From Deltaproteobacteria bacterium (GTDB taxonomy: Bacteria; Desulfobacterota; Binatia; UBA12015), in NCBI GenBank assembly GCA_046583355.1, contig JAYGCM010000023.1, forward strand, positions 1 through 17,320: a stretch of DNA of 17,320 nucleotides. Reading direction: 5' to 3'. Shown one piece after another: positions 8,169-14,933 of this stretch. Both the position numbers and the translations under genes were made by a program. The notes beneath the pieces are model-generated. The model was not told the DNA's origin and did no database searches. It was given only the letters and a program-made list of their open reading frames with translations. Positions within the stretch are counted from its first letter, which is position 1, and every line of letters begins with the position of its first letter.

Positions 8169-9887
8169 TTAGTCGCAGCGGGCGAGGAAATATTGGTGTC
8201 GGCCTTTGGGGCCTGTGCCTTGGCTCTTGAGGATCGTTGAGCAGCTCGGCGGTACCTCGGCTGCGGCCTCGTTGTGGAAGATGAGGAACGCTGGCGGAGC
8301 CTTTATGCCCTTGAAGGGAGGGAGATGGCGGTCGGCGTAGAAGAGCGTGCCCCATTCGAACGCTCCGGCAACGATACCGAGCTGGGCGTCGCCGGCGCGT
8401 GCGGCGGCCTGGCGGGCGAAGTCGCGTAAGGTGCGCGCCTGCGCAATTCCGCGCTCGGCGGGCAGGGCGATGGTGATGGTCAGCAGTCCCAGCAGGGCGG
8501 CCATCGGGAAGCTCGCGCGCAGCCAATGCGCCCCGCGCGCCTGCCAGATGACCAACGCGGCCGCGCCGAGGATCGCGATGGCCGCGGCGAAGGTAAACAC
8601 GCCGCCGGCGCGCAATCCGTCGAGCGCCGCTCTCGCGGCTTGAAGGTCGCGCGGTTTCAGGATCGGTTCGAGCAGGTTTTCGAGCGGCATCAGGAAGGCC
8701 GTCAAGGTAATAAATGAGATCAACATCGCAAAGGCGGCAATGGCGTTGCATTGCCATGCGACCAGGCGCCGCGGCAGATCTCCTTCGGGTCCTGGGCCGA
8801 GTACGCGGCCACAGAGCAGCGCCATGGCCGGGAAGGCCGGCAGGAGATAGACGCCGCGTTTGGACTCCGGGATCAGGAAGAACACAAAGATCACCAGAAA
8901 CCAGACGACCAGGAAGCGCGTGGTCTCGTCGAGCGGACGCTCTTTCCAGAGCCAATAGCCGACGGGCGCGGCCAGGAAGCTCCAGGGCAAGAAGCCCAGG
9001 AAGAGGTGCGCCACCATGTAGAGGGGGCCGTGGATATGGCCTGAGCCGAGTCGCTCGGCGTCGAGTACGCGCAGGATATTCTCCATCAGGGCGTGGCGCA
9101 CGAGGAACTCTGTGCCGCCGATCCACCAGCCGGCGACGTACCAGATGCCGACCAGCGGCAGGATTACGGCAAAGCCGCGCAGAACTCCTAATTCGGCCAG
9201 GACGCGGCGTAGCTTGCCCGCGCGTAGCTTGCGCGCGGGTTGTGTGGTCGGCGCGGCGGGCAAGGGGCCCGTCCAGGCCCAGATACCGATCACCAGCATT
9301 GGTAGTACCAGCGCGACCGGGCCCTTGGTCAGCGTGCCGGCAGCGAGGAAGGCCCAGAAGAGGCCGCGTAGCCAAGTGGCGCCGCGCTCGGTCGCCATGG
9401 CCTGCTTGCGGTGCTGCAGGAGGGCGAAGCAGAGCAGCGCGCCGGCCAGAAAGAAGGTGAGCGTCATATCTACCCGTGCCGTGCGCGAGGCACGGATCCA
9501 TTCGAAGCTGGTGGCGAGGATCAACGCCGCCAGCCACCCCGAACGTACACGCGAGATGGTCGCTCCGAAGAGGAAAACAGCCAGGGTGGCAAGGATGCCG
9601 AGGGTCGCGGAGGGCAGCCGCGCGGCCAGTTCCGTGACCGAGCCTTGTATGCTTGCTGCGGCCAGCCCGAGCCAATGGAACATCGGCGGCTTCCAGGGGA
9701 TGATTTCACCGTTGATCAGCGGCAGCATGAGCCCGTTGCCGCGCCACATCTCTTGCACGACGACCGCTTCGCGCGGCTCGCCGTGCGAGTAGAAGGGGAG
9801 GCTCGCGAGTCCCGTGAGGTCGATGGCCGCCACCAGCACCAGCGTCGCCGCGGCCCCCAGCAGAACACTTCTTGCTCGCTTCCCCAT
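8169..9887 (-). CDS. ArnT/PMT-like GT-C membrane glycosyltransferase (GT39/GT83 type)
   Basis: Motifs FYSHGEPREA..VQEM, KPPMFHWL, ARLPSA, ARVDMTL, LTKGPVA, FLPWS, SKRGVYLLP, with many TM segments. Start ATG 9887 (GAGG upstream); 9896 is an alternative. Confidence 0.88.
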   Translation of the reverse strand: MGKRARSVLLGAAATLVLVAAIDLTGLASLPFYSHGEPREAVVVQEMWRGNGLMLPLINGEIIPWKPPMFHWLGLAAASIQGSVTELAARLPSATLGILATLAVFLFGATISRVRSGWLAALILATSFEWIRASRTARVDMTLTFFLAGALLCFALLQHRKQAMATERGATWLRGLFWAFLAAGTLTKGPVALVLPMLVIGIWAWTGPLPAAPTTQPARKLRAGKLRRVLAELGVLRGFAVILPLVGIWYVAGWWIGGTEFLVRHALMENILRVLDAERLGSGHIHGPLYMVAHLFLGFLPWSFLAAPVGYWLWKERPLDETTRFLVVWFLVIFVFFLIPESKRGVYLLPAFPAMALLCGRVLGPGPEGDLPRRLVAWQCNAIAAFAMLISFITLTAFLMPLENLLEPILKPRDLQAARAALDGLRAGGVFTFAAAIAILGAAALVIWQARGAHWLRASFPMAALLGLLTITIALPAERGIAQARTLRDFARQAAARAGDAQLGIVAGAFEWGTLFYADRHLPPFKGIKAPPAFLIFHNEAAAEVPPSCSTILKSQGTGPKGRHQYFLARCD

Positions 9888-9949
9888 CGGCCTCATCGCA
9901 TAGCGTGTGCCGGGCCTGAGACCCAGCCGGGAACCCCATGGGGGCGAGA

Positions 9950-9964
9950 TCAATGCTATATTGA
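9950..9964 (+). promoter_or_regulatory. Candidate extended -10 promoter (TGnTATATT) for the desaturase, embedded in palindrome TCAAT-N5-ATTGA
   Basis: TG 9954-9955, TATATT 9957-9962; TCAAT 9950-9954 / ATTGA 9960-9964. AT-rich spot in a GC-rich divergent intergenic region. Confidence 0.45.
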
Positions 9965-10055
9965 GGCGCTTGGGGGCTTGCTTGGCCGACGCGAATCGCT
10001 AACCTGACCGGAGTTCAGGTCGAGGTTCGGCCAAACCGGTGAGGGAGAAAATACA

Positions 10056-10802
10056 ATGCCGCAGTTTTTGCAGTTCACAACCAACGATCTCATTTTGGCC
10101 GGCGTATGGCTTTTCCTCGGCGCCCAACTCGCGACTCTTTGCACCACGGTCTTCCTGCACCGGGCGCTGACGCATCGCGCGGTCAAGCTCCACCCGGCGG
10201 TGGAATGGCTGAACCGTCTCATCATCTGGACGATGACCGGAATCATTCCGCGCGAATGGGCCGCGATTCATCGCAAGCATCATAAATTCTCCGACCTGCC
10301 GGGCGACCCGCATTCGCCCTATGTGCATGGCTTCTGGAATATCCAGTTCAAGAACGTTCATTATTACCGGATGGAAGCCCGCGACAAGGAAATGATCGCG
10401 AAGTACACCAAGGATATGGTCGACGATAAATGGGAGCGGCTCTTTCGTCGCACCGAGCTCGGTCTCGTGCTCTATGCGATCGGCATGATGGTCGTGCTGA
10501 CGCCGATCGTCGGCCTGGTGGCGGCACTCCTGCAATTCGGCCTTTACATCTGGCTGAATGCCTCGGTCAACGGAGCGGCGCATTGGATCGGCTACCAGAA
10601 TTACGCCAACTCGGCGCGCAACCTCTGGCTGTTGGCGATCTTCACTGCTGGCGAAGGCCTGCATAATAACCACCACGAATTTCCCGGCAGCCCGCGCTTC
10701 TCGCAGAAAAAATGGGAGATCGATATCGGCTGGTGGGTCATCTCCACGCTACGCCGGCTCGGCCTCGCCGAGCCCGTGCAATCTGCTGGCCTGGTGCGCT
10801 GA
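10056..10802 (+). CDS. Membrane-bound fatty acid (delta-9 acyl-CoA/acyl-lipid type) desaturase
   Basis: Three His boxes HRALTH, HRKHH, HNNHH; DPHSP; GEGLHNNHH..P.S; WEIDIGW. Strong RBS GAGGGAG at 10041-10047. Confidence 0.94.
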   Translation: MPQFLQFTTNDLILAGVWLFLGAQLATLCTTVFLHRALTHRAVKLHPAVEWLNRLIIWTMTGIIPREWAAIHRKHHKFSDLPGDPHSPYVHGFWNIQFKNVHYYRMEARDKEMIAKYTKDMVDDKWERLFRRTELGLVLYAIGMMVVLTPIVGLVAALLQFGLYIWLNASVNGAAHWIGYQNYANSARNLWLLAIFTAGEGLHNNHHEFPGSPRFSQKKWEIDIGWWVISTLRRLGLAEPVQSAGLVR

Positions 10803-10874
10803 CGCGTTCCTGAGCACCGGCTCGCCCGGGGCCGCGGGACTGGGTTCCGGTTGCCCCAGCGCTGCCAGCGTCTC

Positions 10875-13793
10875 TCAGTTCAGGTCCCGGGGCCTGAATT
10901 TATAGCCGGAGCGGAGTTCGGTCCATTCGGCCGTGATCTCGTATTCGCTCCCGCAGGTCGAGAAGTGCACGGTCATCTCAGCGAGTGTCGCCGCTGAGAG
11001 ATCAGCAAATGCCTTGAACTGGAAGCGCCAGAAGCCTTCGGGTCGCGGTGCTGTCTGTACCATCGAGATGCCGGATTCGAGCCGGGCCGCTAGGTCCTTG
11101 TATTTCCATTTTTTGCCCTTCTTGGGGAGCTCCCCCGGCAGGAGTTGGTCCTGATAGACCAAGCCGTCTGCATTGCCGAGGGTGACCGTAAAGTCGCAAG
11201 TTGCCGGGTCGTAATCTGCGGGCGGGACGAAGCCCAGTTTCAAGTAGATGAAATCGGGCTTGGCCGGATTGCGGTTGAAGCGGATCCGTGACGGGCAGGG
11301 GTGGTTGCAGACGGGCACGAACTCGCCGACCGTATGCTCCGGCGTGGGGCTGACCTGCGGTGTCGGCGTGGCCTCGGGCGTCGGGCTAGGTACCGGGGTC
11401 GGCGTCTGCGTGGGGACCGGTGTTTGTGTGGGCACCGGGGTCGGCGCGGGCGAGACAGCGGCGAGGTAATCCTCGACCTCGCCGTTCGGCCAGCTGCCTC
11501 CCGCACCGAGCGCACCGGCCGGGTCGTCGGATGTGAAACGGAAGCGTCCGTATACCGCGCTCGGCGCGTCGGTCGGAACCACGAGGCAGACCTGGTTGGA
11601 ACCGGGCGCAAGCGCCAGGTCCTGCGCGAGCTGCTCGCTGGCGGAGAACTCGCCGTCGTCGTTCCAGTCCATCCAGGCATTCAGAAAGCCCGCGGTATTG
11701 GCCGCTACGACAATGCAAATATTGCCGCCGGCCTGCACCAAGGCGGGAAACGTGACGCCGTCTTCGTCGTCGCTGCCACCTAGATCATCCCCGTTGGCGC
11801 CTGCTGTCGGCTGGCCCGCGGGCTCGGAGCCCACGGTCGAGCCCAAGTAGACGCCTGGGAGGATCATGTGGCTGGCCGCCTCGGAGTCGGAGGTATGGTA
11901 ATCGCCTTGGCCGCTTCCCTCGCCCTGGTCGGGGAGATCGCCGAAGTCGAAGAAGAGAGGCGAGATGGTTGTGGGCGGGAAGGTCGCATCCGAGGCGCTC
12001 TTGGCGGGCGAATTATGGATGGAACCGGCCTGGATCGTGATGGCATGGTCGCCGCAGATCGCGACATCGAAGCCGACCTCGTAGACCATGGGCCACTCCC
12101 AGAGAATCGAGCTTGAGAAGCCGGGGTAGCCGAAATCCTGCGGCGAATCGGTCGCGCCGAAGGGGGATTTCCAGGCGTCGGAATTATCGCCCCCCAAGGA
12201 AGATTGGTCGGTCTCCCAGGTCGTATGGTTCCAGTTCCAGGCAAGCGAGGTGGCTGCCGTGTAGTTCGCAGGCGGCGTGCCGACATCGCGGCCACAATCA
12301 CCAAATTGGTAGACTCGGGACTCGCCCGCCGACGAAGGCAGATTGCTGGCTGGATGGAACTGAATTGCTGCCTGCAGGCCGCTGCCACCCTGCAGCGGGC
12401 CTTGGAACGTTTTGGAGTCGATCGGCGTATAGCCGCTGTAGAGCCCATCGAGGTCCACCGGTTTGCAGAAATACGATTGCGTCCACGTGTAGGAATGCGC
12501 ACCGCAGGAGAGCGTGATGTCGATCAGCTTCTCGCTGTCGTAGAGTTTGGTGGCCGGGCGCGTCTTCGTCCAGTCGGCGGCCTCCATATAGAGGCCCTGT
12601 GCGGCGTCAAAGACGTTGTCGTTCATCTTGGGGTCGGCAACGAAGGCGACTTGGATCGTCGTGCCTTGCAGAATGCCGTACATACGGCCGAGTCCGGTAT
12701 CCTCGGAGAGCAGGGTATAGCGGCTGGCATCGCCGTCGCCGTGGAAGAGTCCGTTCACGCCGCCTGCGACCTCGGCGATGCCCAGCAGGCCGGCATTCAC
12801 GATCGTGCCAGGGGCGCCGGCGGCGACGCTGAACGTAGCGCTCTGGCCGGCGGCATCGACGTCGCTGTCGGCGCCGCCAGGTGAGAAGCTGAGGCCGGCC
12901 GGGACCGCGAAGGTCAGAGCGTAATCTCCGTCAGCTACACAGGAAAAAGAATAGCTTCCGTCGGTTGCGGTAGTGGCGCTTGCCGCCAGCCCGCCGCCGG
13001 GTGCTTCGAAGAGTCCGACCGCGATCTGGGCCACACCCTGCGGGGTTCCCGGCAGGACGCCGGTGCCGGCGAAATCGGCCCAGGCCAAGCCATCGATCGA
13101 GGCCGTACCGGGGCAGGAGTACGCGACCTCGAGCAAGGGCGCGCCACCGGCGGCTTCGCGGCTGCTGATCTTCGCTTCCTTGTTGCTGCCGCCATCGGAA
13201 AGAAGAATCAAACCATTATTTGTGATCGTGCCATCGGCCCAACCTTCCACGAGTGCCGAGAGTGCTGTCGAAGCGATCGTTTTGCGTCCGGCCGAGCTCG
13301 GGTCGAAGCTGCCGAGTACGCTCGCGGCATGCGTGCCACCGGCCTGGCTCCACGCGGTTCCGGCCGCGCGCTCATTCCAGCTGACGCCGGCCTCGGTCCA
13401 CGTCTCGGTCAGTTGGTGGGCAAGAACCTGAAACCCGGTTTCCGCCCTGGTGACATTCACGGAGAGTGCGATGCTGTCGATGGTCACTCCCACGGGGAAT
13501 GCCGAGACATCGAAGCGCAACACGCCGCGCTTGTCGTCGCCGGTCTTCTCCTTGATCTTGAGCTCGATGTCGGCCTCGTGCGTGGTGCCGGACTTCTTCT
13601 CCTCGAGGTAGGCGTCGGCGGCAGCCGGAAACTGGGCCGTGCAGGCCCCGGCACAGACGGCCTCGGCGGGCGACCCGGCTCCGACGAGCAGGCCGGTCGC
13701 GGCGAGGGCGATGGCAAAGCGGGAAACCAAGTAGGCCGCGGGTGCGCGGAAGCCAGGCGCCCGCCGAGGGTGGGTAACGGTAGAGGGCAGCAT
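10875..13793 (-). CDS. Large secreted multidomain protein: DNRLRE domain, SdrD-B-like domain, unknown domain, GEVED domain, Pro/Thr linker, unnamed C-terminal domain
   Basis: Signal-like segment ending PAEA|VC. ADAYL...RGVLRFD...WTEAGVSWN...NNGLIL...SSREA...PLLEVAY (DNRLRE type). IDGLAWAD...TTATDGSYSF...DSDVD...NAGL (SdrD-B type). DFGDLPD...DDEDGV...NAWMDWNDDGEF...YGRFRF...GEVEDY (GEVED). ATG 13793 with GGAGA RBS. Confidence 0.85.
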   Translation of the reverse strand: MLPSTVTHPRRAPGFRAPAAYLVSRFAIALAATGLLVGAGSPAEAVCAGACTAQFPAAADAYLEEKKSGTTHEADIELKIKEKTGDDKRGVLRFDVSAFPVGVTIDSIALSVNVTRAETGFQVLAHQLTETWTEAGVSWNERAAGTAWSQAGGTHAASVLGSFDPSSAGRKTIASTALSALVEGWADGTITNNGLILLSDGGSNKEAKISSREAAGGAPLLEVAYSCPGTASIDGLAWADFAGTGVLPGTPQGVAQIAVGLFEAPGGGLAASATTATDGSYSFSCVADGDYALTFAVPAGLSFSPGGADSDVDAAGQSATFSVAAGAPGTIVNAGLLGIAEVAGGVNGLFHGDGDASRYTLLSEDTGLGRMYGILQGTTIQVAFVADPKMNDNVFDAAQGLYMEAADWTKTRPATKLYDSEKLIDITLSCGAHSYTWTQSYFCKPVDLDGLYSGYTPIDSKTFQGPLQGGSGLQAAIQFHPASNLPSSAGESRVYQFGDCGRDVGTPPANYTAATSLAWNWNHTTWETDQSSLGGDNSDAWKSPFGATDSPQDFGYPGFSSSILWEWPMVYEVGFDVAICGDHAITIQAGSIHNSPAKSASDATFPPTTISPLFFDFGDLPDQGEGSGQGDYHTSDSEAASHMILPGVYLGSTVGSEPAGQPTAGANGDDLGGSDDEDGVTFPALVQAGGNICIVVAANTAGFLNAWMDWNDDGEFSASEQLAQDLALAPGSNQVCLVVPTDAPSAVYGRFRFTSDDPAGALGAGGSWPNGEVEDYLAAVSPAPTPVPTQTPVPTQTPTPVPSPTPEATPTPQVSPTPEHTVGEFVPVCNHPCPSRIRFNRNPAKPDFIYLKLGFVPPADYDPATCDFTVTLGNADGLVYQDQLLPGELPKKGKKWKYKDLAARLESGISMVQTAPRPEGFWRFQFKAFADLSAATLAEMTVHFSTCGSEYEITAEWTELRSGYKFRPRDLN
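11335..11455 (-). repeat. Pro/Thr-rich low-complexity coding repeat (PTPVPTQTPVPTQTPTPVPSPTP...)
   Basis: Seen directly in the translation; codons are diversified, so it is not a recent perfect DNA tandem repeat. Confidence 0.8.
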
Positions 13794-13911
13794 AAGAGAT
13801 CTCCATTTTCCGGGAGCCGAGGTCAAGCAGGCCTTTCAATGATTAGGGTAACCCCGGAATTGGGTAATGGTATCCTATCAGAAAAAGGACAGCGGTTGCG
13901 ATCAGTAAATG

Positions 13912-13946
13912 GCGCGCGCCAGCGAAATAGCGCTTCTGGCGTGCGC
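13912..13946. repeat. 11-bp imperfect inverted repeat, possible terminator/processing hairpin between ferredoxin gene and secreted-protein gene
   Basis: GCGCGCGCCAG (13912-13922) / CTGGCGTGCGC (13936-13946), one non-Watson-Crick position. Followed on the minus strand only by a weak CATTT tract. Confidence 0.4.
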
Positions 13947-14048
13947 GAAGCCCGGCGGCAGCGGTTGGAGCCCGGCCCTGGCCAATGAGGCATGGGCACC
14001 CGGCCTCCGGGGTTTCCGGCCTCGAAGAGCCCGTGGCTGCGGAGGTTT

Positions 14049-14855
14049 TCAGCCGGTGAAGGTGCCGCGGGTGCGGGTCGGGCCACCGGCGAGTTCAGCC
14101 GCCCCGGTGAGCTTGTCGACGTCCCCCGCCAGATCGGCGAAGGATTTCTGCATGCCGGCCTCGAAGCGGTCGAGTTCGTGCTGGCGCCGCTCTTTGAGTT
14201 CATCGAGGCTTTTGCCGTAGGCCTCGTAGAAGGCGTTGAGGCGCTCGAGCACCTGCTGGTACATCGCTGTGCGCGGGACGTAGCTGCCGCCGCAATGGGG
14301 GCAATGCAGGACTGTGCCAGGCCGGATGTATTGGAAGGGCGTGGTGAACCCGCCGGAGCAGCGCGAGCAGGTCAGCGGCACGGGCCAATCATGCGGCGAG
14401 GGGATCTGCGCGGCGACGGCGTCTTCGGGCGACATCGTCATTGCGAAGGTGCCGGCGACGGCGCCTGCAGCAGCCGGGGCATCGGCTGGGGCCGCCTCGG
14501 CCGCTTCTTCGGGCTCGTCCTTGACCTTGAACCGGGAGGGGAAATCCTCAGGGAAGTCCTCGTCGGGGCTGATCTCCTTGGCACGGGCGAAGAGCACATC
14601 CTCGGTCTCAGGGATGTCCGGGTCGGGGACGCAGCAATCGACGGGGCAGACCGCAGCGCAGGCCTCGGTATCGAAAAAGCCTACGCATTCCGTGCATTTT
14701 GACGGAACAATGTAGAAGAAATCGTCTGAGATCGCGGCTTGTTTAGAGCCATCGAGGGCGTCGAATTCGATGCCGCCCTGATAGATGGCGGTATTCGGGC
14801 ACTCGGGCTCGCAGGCGCCGCAGTTGATGCACTCGTCGGTGATGGTTGTGGCCAT
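14049..14855 (-). CDS. YfhL-family 2[4Fe-4S] ferredoxin fused to C-terminal CxxC...CxxC (putative zinc ribbon) and helical domain
   Basis: MATTITDECINCGACEPECPNTAI and FYIVPSKCTECVGFFDTEACAAVCPVDCC match YfhL-type dicluster ferredoxins. An Ala/Glu linker follows, then CSRC...CPHCG and a charged helical tail. Confidence 0.88.
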   Translation of the reverse strand: MATTITDECINCGACEPECPNTAIYQGGIEFDALDGSKQAAISDDFFYIVPSKCTECVGFFDTEACAAVCPVDCCVPDPDIPETEDVLFARAKEISPDEDFPEDFPSRFKVKDEPEEAAEAAPADAPAAAGAVAGTFAMTMSPEDAVAAQIPSPHDWPVPLTCSRCSGGFTTPFQYIRPGTVLHCPHCGGSYVPRTAMYQQVLERLNAFYEAYGKSLDELKERRQHELDRFEAGMQKSFADLAGDVDKLTGAAELAGGPTRTRGTFTG

Positions 14856-14863
14856 GGTTGCGG

Positions 14864-14892
14864 ACTTTAGCCACGCGCTGCGGGGCTCTCAA
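14864..14892 (-). promoter_or_regulatory. Sigma70-like promoter TTGAGA-17-TAAAGT for the ferredoxin gene
   Basis: Minus strand -35 TTGAGA (14892-14887), 17-nt spacer, -10 TAAAGT (14869-14864), 8 nt before the ATG. Confidence 0.55.
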
Positions 14893-14933
14893 GCCGGCAT
14901 GTGAAGTCGCCTGAGTTCCGCTATTGACGACCG

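Noticed and set aside
9207..9235. Short direct repeat GCGTAGCTTGC twice at 15-nt spacing in the glycosyltransferase
   Set aside because: Small in-frame duplication in a variable loop (RKLRAGKLRR), with no sign of array or mobile-element function.
8044..9675. 543-aa alternative-frame ORF, and similar long overlapping ORFs such as 34..744, 1744..2604 and 4145..4855
   Set aside because: Arg/Pro/Gly-rich off-frame products typical of high-GC DNA, overlapping genes with clear motifs.
13794..14048. c-di-GMP-I riboswitch upstream of the adhesin-like gene (minus strand contains GGGGTTACC)
   Set aside because: The upstream GCAAA/GAAA-tetraloop P2 elements are absent; only the short 3' fragment matches.
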